This document shows positions 42,201 through 55,800 of a DNA stretch of 64,000 bases, in pieces. The stretch is taken from the NCBI GenBank assembly GCA_964057225.1, contig OZ059898.1:14260001-14324000 (forward strand), in the 5' to 3' direction. Both the position numbers and the translations under genes were made by a program. Origin of the DNA: Auanema rhodensis. Lineage: Eukaryota > Animalia > Nematoda. The notes beneath the pieces are model-generated. The model saw only the letters and a list, made by a program, of their open reading frames with translations, was not told where the DNA came from and ran no database searches. Position 1 is the first letter of the stretch. Every line of letters begins with the position of its first letter.

Positions 42201-44418
42201 ATATTACCTTTTCCTCGAATAATGCCAATAAAGATTGCCCATGTTCATGAACAATGTCGTTGGCAGGGTTATATTTGAAACAATTATTACAAACCTAGAA
42301 GACGTCGGTGACTTATATTTAAATGAATAAATTACATACCAAACGAACATCTTCGGCAAACTCTTGTGCATTTAAGTACATACGATTCTCAATCTTCTTT
42401 TTTATAGTTCCCAAATCCATAGGATGTGTTACAATATCATAATAGTCATATAGCTTCAGTCCATCAACATCTACAGGCTCCAAAAACGGCCAAGTGAAGT
42501 GCTGAACAATATTTTCAGTTTCAACCTATTGTTTCATTTTATTACCTTATATTTCTTTGAATGAAGCTCATTTATAACTTTTTGACAAAACTTCAAAGAC
42601 TCTGTTAATTTTCCTTTGAATCGAGGTTGTTGCTGGGACCAGTCAATAAAGGATGCTGGCTTCTTAATTGGTCTAGTAGATTCCCTACGTATACCTCCCT
42701 TTAATATGGCAACTATTAAACTAATATTTTTGAAAGGCGTTACCTTTGAAGAATCTTCTTCAGCACCAGTAGTGGTGTCTGCCTTTCGTTTAACACCTTT
42801 CTGAAGCTTTGAAGGTTGAACAGGAGGGACAACAATCTGGAAAACAGTCATCAGCTTTCATATGCGCAAGGTTTTTCTTACGGGAAGCTCTGATGTTGTT
42901 GGCTTTACATCTTCTAGAGATGGGGATACATCCATATATGCCACGCTTGAACTATCAGCGGCTCCCTTTTGAATCGAGGATTCGCGGGATGCTACAAAAT
43001 CTAATATCAAAAGCAATAAATAGATCCAAAATAAGTGCTACAGGCGCTTTTCTTTCTTCACTCTTTTTTTTTCACACCTCTTATTGCTGCGTTATGAAAA
43101 TGTTCTAGAACGTGATCGGCATCCCCGCTCCCACCTCGAACTACTGACGACGATTTCCTATTTCCTGCAGGGGTTGCTTTCTTGACATTAGCCTTTGGGC
43201 CACGTTTGGTAGAGGGTCGGGGAATCTCGACTTCCTAAATATATTTCTTTCATATTTTGATTCTAGGAAAGCCTGCTTGTCGTCTTCAATTCTACCTCAG
43301 GTGGCATACTTTGAATTAAATCTCTATACAGATTTTCTACATTTTTACACATAAGAGTAACATCATCCTCAGATTGATTGAAGCTGTAGCAGTTGTCGAA
43401 GACCGCTTGGAAATCCTAAGAAGAAAAAAACTCACTTCAGGTGGCATCTGCGCGACTGAGGTAAGGATGAATTGTTCGAGATCACGAGCCATAGTTACCA
43501 CACCATAATGAGGGGGGTTGTACGTGTAGCAATTGTTGAACATGGTCATAATGTCCTACAACATCGGAGAACCTCTAAGCCTTTCTAGCTCCGCAAGGGT
43601 ACAAAATTTCCTTATTTGGTAAGTCCCTCTAAGGGACACCGGAACTAATTTCGAACTGTGCGCGTTTCTTGAACAAAAATTTGGGTGATAATGGTGCAAT
43701 ATTGGGCTGAAGGTTCTCCGATACCACACCTTAACGCCGCTGATCTCGACCAACTCTACCTCCCACAGCCCGTGATTGGCAAGCATATTAAACCATTATT
43801 TTTCAAGAAAGGGTGATAAAAGCACAGAAAGATGGAACGGTACGTTCGAAGTTTGTTCCGGTGTTGACAAAAGAAGTATTGTTTTTCTTGAGAAGAATTT
43901 TAGCATGCTATACGTACCTCCATGCAATCCTTAGCGGAAAAATAATAGCAATTTTTCAATCTCTTCTCAATTGACTTCAAGTCCATAGGACGTTTAATAA
44001 CCTTGTGATAATCCTAAATATTAAACATCATTCTCTATCATGCTCTTAATTTCATACAGGGAGATGGAGCTTTAAAGTATCCACAGGAGCATTAAAAGGC
44101 CATGCGTGCTTATGTTTCATAGCCTCCTTTATAACCGTATTCAGCATATAATCCAATTGATTTGTATGCCTTGTAGGTTTTTTGATAGGGGGAATCACTC
44201 GAGGTTGAACGATTCCGTTAACTGGTTCCTACAAAATTAATTAATTCACGAACATATTTCATTTAAACCTGTCGGGGAGTTGCCCAGGGATTTTCCTGAA
44301 CCGTTGCATCAGGTCCATCTCCCTCATTCGAGTTATCATCTGTGGAGATGCCATTCGTGGCCGCATCTTCTGATGTGCTAACTCCATCAGTAACCTTTTC
44401 TGGATCCTTAGAGGACAT
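39295..44418 (-). CDS. bet-1: BET-family double-bromodomain protein (BRD2/3/4, fs(1)h orthologue) with ET domain, Ser-rich tract and C-terminal motif; alternatively spliced
   Basis: BD1: [31 protein letters not shown]2: [28 protein letters not shown]. Motif A: [13 protein letters not shown]: [43 protein letters not shown]: [17 protein letters not shown]. It could be a bet-2-like paralogue. Confidence 0.93.
43296..43415 (-). other. bet-1: bet-1 mutually exclusive exon B (BD1 C-terminal half, 40 aa)
   Basis: CTTAG|[40 protein letters not shown]|GTAGA, 120 nt, phase 0-0. Confidence 0.88.
43436..43555 (-). other. bet-1: bet-1 mutually exclusive exon A (BD1 C-terminal half, 40 aa)
   Basis: TGTAG|[40 protein letters not shown]|GTGAG, 120 nt, phase 0-0. 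Confidence 0.88.
43636..43864 (-). promoter_or_regulatory. Long nested intronic stem-loop upstream of the bet-1 exon pair
   Basis: Arms 43636-43656 and 43844-43864 pair at 19 of 21 positions. Nested inverted repeats: ctgtgc/gcacag, tttcttgaa/ttcaagaaa, caat..gggctg/cagccc..attg. Confidence 0.7.
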
Positions 44419-45435
44419 TACTGTCCAAAAGGCTGTAACTGAAGATATACAGTATTTGCTAAGGATAATTATAATATTTTAAAAGCACAAAAATTTAGTG
44501 AAGAAATAATGTAAAAATTTAAAAGAAAACAAGCTAAGAAAGAAGAACTAAATATAAAAATGAACTGTAATCCTTTAAAAGCTTGACGCTTTTTCAACGC
44601 GCGCGGCAAAATCCGCCGCGACGCTTGCAAAAGTAGAGAAATAGAGTAAGGGAGGAAGTTATGCATTAGAAACAATGAGGAGAGAACGAGGTAGTATGTA
44701 CGCATAAGAGGGTGCAGACGCACTACCTCTCTGCGTCTCTGACAGCGTCCCTTCCCTAAAATAAGGAAAAGGTATTTTTTAAAAACTGCTCACCATATAC
44801 GGCTATTATTGATGATATTTTCAAGTAACTGCTAAAAATAAAGAGAAATACTTCACTTGAAATCTTTATTAGGCAAAATGACAGTCAATATCCCAACTGA
44901 AAATAGAGGAGCGCAAACGGCAAGACACGCTCGACAATGGGGCCGCGCGCGGCAAGCTGACTAATTTAATGATTCTTCAAATTAAAACCATACAAAAATA
45001 TATCTACCATACAAAAAGACATCATATCTACGAAGAAAATCGTACTTCTTAACGCTTAATCCTTTCTGTTTATGGAAAACAAGTAGACAAAAGCTATAAC
45101 GACCGACCTAACGCTAAAACACCAGACGCTGATTGGATATAACGTAAGCAGACGCGCGCGTCCTTTGGCACAAGGCCAGCATATGTCATAGGCAGTATCT
45201 CGCAACGACAATGCTGCGGTATTTTAGATTACACTCAGAAATATTCAAATTTTAAATTTAAAAGTGAACTATATAAAAAAAGATCTCTATCTTATTTAGA
45301 AATATGATTATTTCCAACTAAAAAAATTTATTAATATTTCTTTAGTTGGTTTATAAATTATATATTTTTTATTTATTTCGTAAATAGAGAAAACTATAGA
45401 TTTTCGAAAAGTAAACTTAATTAAAATACCTACAG
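44419..45435. promoter_or_regulatory. Divergent bet-1/ruvb-2 promoter region, CpG-enriched
   Basis: Head-to-head genes. CGCGCGCGGCAA at 44598 and 44944, TCTGCGTCTCT at 44730, CGCAAC at 45201. Confidence 0.65.
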
Positions 45436-47223
<1,788 letters not shown>

Positions 47224-47382
47224 ATGACATTTTACGTTGTTCTCATTTGTTGATCTTGTTGTGTATATGTTGATACTCATGGCACTATACATAAATATAC
47301 TGTCTATAAATTTTTATTAAATTTGTCACATTTAACCTAACAATTTCAACAAATATATTCAACAACAGACTAAACTAAATCC

Positions 47383-48351
47383 TTATATGAGCGGCGGGAT
47401 TTATCTTTAAAGAAATAATCTGGTTTCTCGTCCCATAAACCGAGATTACGTTCACGTCCCAGCTCATCCTAAATATTCCATATGAGGATATGTATGTACC
47501 AAGTTACGCTACCTGTTTGTTATAATTATGATGCATGGACAAATACTTAATTCTTTTACACAAATCATGCCATCGTTTGGGGGAATTGTTCTAAAATTAT
47601 AGTATAATTAAATTTTTTAAATTATCTTAATTGTGATTATTGATACCTTCAGCTTATCGGCATATAAGTTACGGTAATGAATGAGTTTAACCAGCTCGTT
47701 GGCACGATGTTGTCCAGGGAAACCTCTAAGCCATGATGGAGTATGGTACTGAAATAAATACATAGAAGTTAATTAAATTATATAAATCTGATGCTATAAT
47801 AAGTTAAATGGGTAATTCGACAGCAATCATGTGATAATCAGGCTATCAAATCACAAAGGATTAATTTTATTCTCTGCTCAATTAGGCAACGTCAATTTTA
47901 TTATATGTTCACATATCTTTTTTAATATATATAAATATAGCCAACCTGCAGCTGGGCTGGGTGAACACTGCCATCTCCTAAAATGTCGATATAATCATTT
48001 TGACCAAACGTTGCCTGCGCTGGGCTCCATGAATCTCTTATTTTATAAGAAGGTTTAGCTACAGGAACCTTAGAACTGGAATACAAACAAAAATATTATA
48101 ACAACGTTAGTTTATTTCACTTTGGGTCACGAGGAAGTGCATCGATTCCATTTTGGTGATACCGAAAAACATAGCCTGCGTCAGAAGTTCTGGCGGATGA
48201 CTAAAAATACAACACAACTGGAAATAAAAGATGATTAACTCACCTTTTCTCTGTCATCAACTACTCTAGGCACTGCACTTCGATCATGCATAGCCCTAAC
48301 ATTAACAACGGAAAGTCTGGAAGAGCCCAAAAACCTTCCTGCGCATAGCAT
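47383..48351 (-). CDS. mrpl-51: Mitochondrial ribosomal protein L51
   Basis: Transit-like N-terminus MLCAGRFLGSSRL, then [63 protein letters not shown]. Six exons, absent from the ORF track. Confidence 0.9.
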
Positions 48352-48670
48352 CCTACAAACAAATTCCGATGTAAATTAAAATACTATAACATTTCAAGAC
48401 AAATTCGATAATATTATTCCGCGAAAAACGGAGAAATAGAATACTATAATATAGAGAATTGAAATTAATATAATGAGATCACAATTTGAAAAACATCGGA
48501 CCTTCACGCACAGGAATAAAACTCGTAGAGCAACAATGGTTCAGAAGAACCGTCAAAAAGTGAGATGAGATCTCAGTCGTTAGACGAAAGAACGCTAACG
48601 ACAAAGAAAACCATAATTAACCCGTAAACAAACATTAAAACAAAAAATAGTAAATAACTTGAAAGATATA

Positions 48671-51600
48671 TTATGTTACTCCATTTATACTATTTCTTAA
48701 GTTTCTAATTTCAATATTAAGCTTTTCTGTAAGTCGCTTTCTTTTAAACCGTTGTGAGTCGCGAATAGAAAACTCGTATAACTCTATTGCGTCGGCAAGA
48801 GAACCTCCGTATATTGTCTTCTGAATTTCGTCAAATACGCTTTGATCTGGAAATAATCGTAGTTATAATAATGCTGAGTTTAACAGAGTTTCTACCTTTA
48901 CTAGGCCTACGGATGACAGACGATATAGCGAGTTTCTTGTTCCTCATGTCTTTTTGGGGCAAATCAGTACCAAACCGCGATTTCTTGCTGGGAGGACCAT
49001 CATCTACATCCATTCCTTCATCATCCTCCTCTTCAAGCCCCCATGCTTTTAAATTGGCCTAAGAGAATAAACATACAAGATGTTCTTATTTGTTAAATTT
49101 ACCTGTCCAGTACGTTCAACCTCACCATTCGATAGAGATGTAACACCATTGAGGTTTTCCTTTATTTTCTCGTTTGACGACGATTCTACCATTTTAACAT
49201 CCTCATCTATGCCTTTCATATAGGAACTATCGGACATGATAGAAGACACCTCCGATAAAGTTTTACGACGGTCTCTATAATCAGAAAAATAAAAAAAACA
49301 GAGTAAAAAATTTAAAGCTAACCTCCATTGTCCTAAACTATTTTGTGCTAGTGCACCTGGTTTCCTTTTCGGAGGGCGGCCAGCAGAAGAAGAGCCAGAT
49401 TTCCTATCTCTTTTCATTTCTTTCGATTCCGACCTTTGACCAACTGCAGGACCTTCTCCTACCTTAAAATTAAATTTATGTAATATTGTACGAACAGTGG
49501 TAAAAACTTCATCAATGGCCAAACTCTTTGTTTTGAAGGGATTACCGAAGGCATGTGTTCGCACTGGCTTTTCTTCAATCTCCCTAAGAGGTGCTCTACC
49601 AATTGCAGTGAGGGATTTTATGTATTCTTCATAATTGCCCATAAGAGCAATGGGCTGAGAATGGAGCTCATCTTAAATAATTAAATTATAAATTTTCCAA
49701 AAAACGATATCAAACCTGCATGATGAAGCTTAATATTGAATCCTGGCCGACCACCTTCCAGAACGGGAATAGGACTATCACGCAGGAGAAGACGAATATT
49801 TGCACACATTCTAAATTTAATTAAGTAAAAGCAACTAATAATTTTGTTTATCACCTGGGTAAGTGATCAACAAGGTCGTTTTTATTCAATATTAACGGGT
49901 TACGATAAGTAGACACCGCAGGTGCTTTAGTTTTCGATTCATTCATATGGAACTAAAATTATTAACATCACAAAGGAATACAAATTTTGAATATTACCTG
50001 AATATTAGTTTTTTCAGGAGTGTGAGCTTGAATGTTCTCAGCTGGATCTTTGAAAAATTCCTCCTGTTCTTTCCTATCTCTATCTTTTCTGTCTTTTTTG
50101 GTAGCTATTGTTTTCCAATAACGTCGGGACGTTTGTTTGATTCTTCGCTCAACATGAAACTGAAAATCGCTTTCAGAATTTTAAAAAAAGATCAGATGAT
50201 TACAGTTTGTTGAGAAGACGCATAAATTTGTCCAGCAATTGTAACACATAACCTATCATGCTCATCTTTAGCATGAGGCTTCAGTTTGTTTAACATGTTT
50301 ATGATACCGATAGGATAGACTTGAGAGAGCTAAATAAAATAATTCAATAAAAATATTTAAAAGGGTGGAATACCGAATTCTGTTCATCCAGTAACCCTCC
50401 TGCTATCTTCCATTTCATTAAGTTTTTCCGTAATGCCTAAAGCACGATGTTTATAAGAAGCTTGATTGATTAAATTCGTACCAGAAGATAGTAAGGTGGA
50501 ACATTTTCTAGATAACTATCTAAACGTTTCCGCCATTGTACAGCGCCCCGAAGTGATTGGTCATTCTATAATTTTGATAAATTCCAATTTGATACAGTAA
50601 AAATCCAAAAAACCTTTAGCTCTTGTAATAACTGAATAAGCACAGGATAATTATAAGGCATTAGAAATAGATTAACACCCGTACCAGAAGAAGTGACTTT
50701 TAAATACCCGAATGGTTTACCATACCCTTCCGTACGTCCCGAATTATGTACAAAAACCTTAAATGGAGAGCCAATATAGGATTTCGGTCAGAATATTTAC
50801 CTGCAAACATTGATCCGTTTTACCATCTTTAAATTTTTCGAGAATATAATCAACAACTGGGGAAGGTTCAATTTCATATTTGTCAAAAGGAAAATCTGAT
50901 AAAATTTGCGAAGGAGTAGAATCAAGCATGAAATATATTATAGGCTGAGCTGTTCGAATAGGAATTGATCCATTTCTAAAGAAATTAGATGAGAATTTAG
51001 CCAGAATTTAGGATATTTTTACTCAAGTCTAGTATGCCAAAAACCTTCAGGAATAGGCCAATGATTAGTTACTGGCTTTCCTCCAACCATTCTCACAATA
51101 ACAGTTGTCAAAGGGCGAGCTTCGAGTTTCTTTTTCAATCTCACTTCAGGCAGAACATCATTAGATGATGAACTATCATTGTTTGTTCGATATTGAGCAC
51201 CTAAGAGGGCAATTTCTTAGTTTTTATATTGAATTGAATAATTTTACTATTCAGAACAGGACATTGAAATCGAACAGATATTCCTGGTTGTTGTATGGTT
51301 TGAATAATTTGATCTATACATTGACTAATTTGCTTGTGACAAACTATCGAGAAAGAACGCCCTAATTTAGAACAATGAAATTTAGCTGAAACTGTGATTC
51401 GAAACCTCCTGTAGAAGCACAACACCTATCTATATTTTCTGAATCAGGATCAATTCGACCTTGCGGACTAAACCGGGGATGAGAAGCAGGGACTCGGAAT
51501 ACCTTTAATGGCAATATTAGCATAAGTTTGGAAAGGTTAATAACATACCACACTAAATAATTTCTGGTCCCATCTAAAAACTTCTTTTGTCAGATCTTGC

Positions 51601-52405
51601 TTACTTTTTGTGTCCAACTGAAAATGCATGAATAATCTAAATCATCTAGGAAAATTCTCCCTGAACCTTAAAATCAGGGATCATCTCATCTACTGCAGCT
51701 CCATCTGTTAGAGAAAAAATAAATACAGGTTCCATATAATAAGGAAACCGGCCATATCCGTAGTTATCAATACCTTTAAAACATTGTCCTAATATTTTAA
51801 ATAAGGTTCCAAGCCTACCAGTAGTTGATCTATTCAAATTTAATAAACGAAAAACACTTTGAATAGACCCGCATAATGAGTGACGGCCTGATGGTTTCAA
51901 AGATTTCATGGGCTCCATAAGAGCATTTTCTCTCCAAGCAGTCTAAATAACTCAAGTTTCAAGAGTATGTAGAGATTCAATGAATTACAAAGAAAGAGAA
52001 ATATTCGAAATTACTATCGTGAGGAGATGAAGTATTCCTCAAACTTGTAGTTTATTTACAAATAATTCTTTCCTTCAAACAGAAAAAAAGTTAGTATTGA
52101 AAATATTAGATAACAAGAAATGAGATAGATTTCTTACCCTCAACTCTTTCACACATCCCGGATAATCTTCAGTAGAAAGGAGCATATAACGGTCAAAGCC
52201 CCTATTTGACACATCTCGCCCCCGTGCCTAAGAAAGGAAAATTTATTTGTCTCTCCGAAACAAGAGAAGGAAGGTGTCAAAAAATTAAACACACCTTTAT
52301 AAATTCAGAGACAAATGCTTTACAGAGATCAAGACACGATGAACCTTTATAATTCTTTTGTGCCATGGAGGCACTTGTGTCCATTAAAAACAATATGATG
52401 GTCAT
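48671..52405 (-). CDS. ints-6: Integrator complex subunit 6 (DICE1/dic-1)
   Basis: vWA start MTIILFLMDTSASM, GIDNYGYGRFPYYMEP, FRWDQKLF, HWPIPEGFW, PFDKYEIEP, PFGYLK, FLMPYNYP, HSQPIALMGNYEEY, HAFGNPFK, C-terminal RFKRKRL. Confidence 0.93.
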
Positions 52406-52809
52406 CTCTCATTGGTGAAATCAAGGTTCTGAGAATCACCTAGACAATCTTTTATTAAAATTCTTCGAAGCAATGATGAATTCGCTTCCAAAAATTGCCT
52501 AAAAGATACGTGCTCTTTTTCGGTTCTTTATGTATGTTCGTGGCCGCAACGCGATCCGCAACGCAGGTCTGCAAATTTTTTCAAAGATTGGCTTTTTTCC
52601 AAGCTTTAAATCATGATTTAAATATTAAATTAATGTTTTATATTAAGTTTTTTCTGTTGTAAACCTTCTTGTTAAAGTTTCTCATATTTAAAATTATGAT
52701 GATTGTGCTTTAGAGATTTTGTATCCGTATGTGCGTGACATAGGGGCGGTTTGTTTGAAGCAGAGAGGTTCTCTGTAAAGTTTTAGCTATTTTAGAAATA
52801 TATACAGAG

Positions 52810-55800
52810 ATGGAGGAAGAATTTGTGGTAAAACCTGCGCTTCCTCTAGTTCCACAGAATTGTGGGCCTCCTACTATTGGGTTAAATCACCTTATTGATT
52901 TTGCTGTACAACAAATTTATCATGAGGTTACAGTGCTTTCCGAATTGTAGGTTTTTACTTCACATGCAGTTCCATAAGCTTTGTCTTACAGGCTACCAAA
53001 AAAGCTCGATGCAGATAGAAAGATCAGTTTAGTGCAATTTGCACATTCAACTCGTATGCTTTTTGTGAAGCTATTAGCACTTGTAAAATGGGTTAAATCT
53101 TCTAAAAAGTTTGAGACCAGTGCGGTTGGTTCAGTCTATTCGGAACGGAATAATCATTTTGCTTCAGTCTATTTGCTATCTGTTAGATCTCCAAAGCCAA
53201 TATTTCGTTGAAACGGCTGATAGATTATGCACTTTCACGCGAGAAGAGTTAGTTTTAGCTCGATTGCCTCAGTTCCAAGTCAGTGCTGCTGTTGATGTTT
53301 TAACACAGGTTTAGTTTTTTTTCTCCTGTGTGTCATAACATTTTTTATTGTAGGGAACTTTTTGCCGTCTGCCATTGTGCATAAAAGAAAGATTTATCAA
53401 AGAGCAAAAGATCACCATCAAAGAACAAGCTCATGTCTTGCTTAGGCTGAATCAAGTATTATGACTTTAAAGTATTGACCTAATTATGTTTGTAGATTTT
53501 GCAATATCGTGTCTCCCGATTATCCGCGAAATTATCACCTAGAATAAAAGAGATAAAAATCAAAAATGGAATGGTAAGCTATTTATTTTGTTATATTCTA
53601 GTAAGACGATATTAGGTTGCCTTAACTGTACCCGGTGAATTTGAAGTTGCTTTAACCGTTCTGGGAGAAACTGATAATACTAAATGGACTTTACTCAATA
53701 TTAAAATGCTCGTCGAAGATCATGAAATTGGTTATGGAACTCAATTGGTTAGAACTTTTTTTTTCTTGAAATTGAATATTTATGAGTATAGGCTCATCCG
53801 CTGCAATTGAACATGATTCATAACATTTTGCAATCAAGAATGGACGTTGCAATCAATGTAAGTAATAATTTTTTTAATGCAATTCATATGCGATCTTTAG
53901 CCCTTAAGTGAAGTTTATGATATTCTTCATACCTTTGCGCAAACCCTTCAGCTAGATGTTTTATTCTGTCAATGTTCCCAATTGTCTGCGGGTAGATTAC
54001 GGTAATGATTATAATCTTGATTTCTATATATTTCTTCATTTTAGCCAGAAAATTATAATTGAAAAATATGATGTTAAAGAACGGATACTGACAGTTGGAT
54101 ACTGGGTGCAGAGAATTGCTCAAAGAAAGGGCAGTTCTCATGTTAGGTAAGTTATTCACAACGTTATAACACACTCTATTTTTTTGAAGGCTGGTTCCTC
54201 AATATCGTGTTACAATTTATGGTAGCGATGAAGACGATACTTCACTACGAGTCAAACACTCACCTAATTTCCCCAATCTAGGACAATTAGATGATCGTAC
54301 CGGGTTGGTTAAAATTTTCCTTATTTTTCATTTTTCTTAGAATTCTTTGAATTCTTTAACCGTTTTAATTTACGATGTTGTTCATGTTTGCTTACAAATT
54401 TGCATATCCAAGGGCAATGACCAATGAATTCCTAATTTTTCAGCCGTTTATCCATTGATCGTTTACTTTCTGAAACGTTTGCTGTGAGATGTCGGGAAAG
54501 ATTGCTTCGAATCAGAAAAAGATTAGAAGCGGCTGAGCCTAAAGCCTTAATTGCCTTAACAGGTACGTTTTTCTTTAATACATATGTATTTATATGAATT
54601 TTTGTTCTAGGACAAGCAACTCCTTGTCTATGCTTCCCTCTGCTAAGGGATAGTGTTGATAATGTAGAAGAATGTCTTTATGTATCTGTGTGCATGTCCA
54701 CAGGAAAAGTTCTCTGTACTCTGTCAGCTATTGGTAGATTTTTAAATTTTAAATTTCAACTAATTTCTTTTTTGAAGAGCAAAATAGTACGAAAGAAGTT
54801 AAGGAATTAGAAAAAGTTCTATATGATTGCCATTCCGTAGATTTGTTAAGAAAATTATTGGATAGATTAAAGTTTGCTACTTTTTTTGGACTTTTCTTAA
54901 CACTTTTATATTCTAGGGTGCTTATTATGATTAGTCGATATAGAAAGTCAGTTGCTGCTTTACAAGTTCGTATAATTAACGAAGCTCAAATGGCTCCCTT
55001 CTTCTCTAAGGTGTGTATAGTGCTTGTATATGAATTCATTTTTTATCTATAGGTTCGGAGTCTACCTCCTGACAGAATTTGTTTGCAATTCATCAAAGAA
55101 GAACAATACTATTTGGTTCGTTGATCGTAACTGTACATTTCTTCATGTTTTTTTTTATTTGTTTTAGGTTGTTACTTTCAAACCTGATAATAATTTATCG
55201 ATTGAAGTTGGTCTATTTTTAATAAGTGTGGCTGAAGAAAATGTTCAGTTGATTGAGCTAGTTAAGGTATAGTATAATATTGAAATTCTTTTGCAAATGC
55301 ACGCGTCTTCAGGATCTGCCTCATGTGGCAGCACCTCTCGATCGAATTGTCACATTGCAAGCCAATACATTCGGCTCAAATAATGAAGAAGATGATTGGA
55401 AACCGCAACCAAAGGTTTATAATTAGTTGAGTCTTGGATTTCGTTACATCTTGCTTTTTCAGAGACAAAAGATGGAGCGATCTATGGAACGGCAATTGCC
55501 TCAGGCTGTGTCATCTGTGGACGATCGTTTGTCTTTCATGAAGGTTTGCCTCGAACTGGATAAGAAGGCCATCCGATACATGAGTGTTGACGATGAGCCA
55601 CATGTTGGAGGATTGGTATTACATATTACTGAGTATGTTTTAATTTCAGCAAACATTACATGATTTTGACCTTTGTAGACTTTCCCAAGCCTTGGATAAA
55701 AAATGTCCCGATTTCCTCAAGAAACTTGTTCGTTGCTGCCTGCGATTAGATAACAAGATGAGAATAATTTGGCCATTTGAATGTTGTATGACTAGTGCTC

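Noticed and set aside
43556-43786. Minus-strand 76-aa ORF as a third bet-1 alternative exon
   Set aside because: No NCYxxN or other bromodomain similarity; it coincides with the intronic stem-loop.
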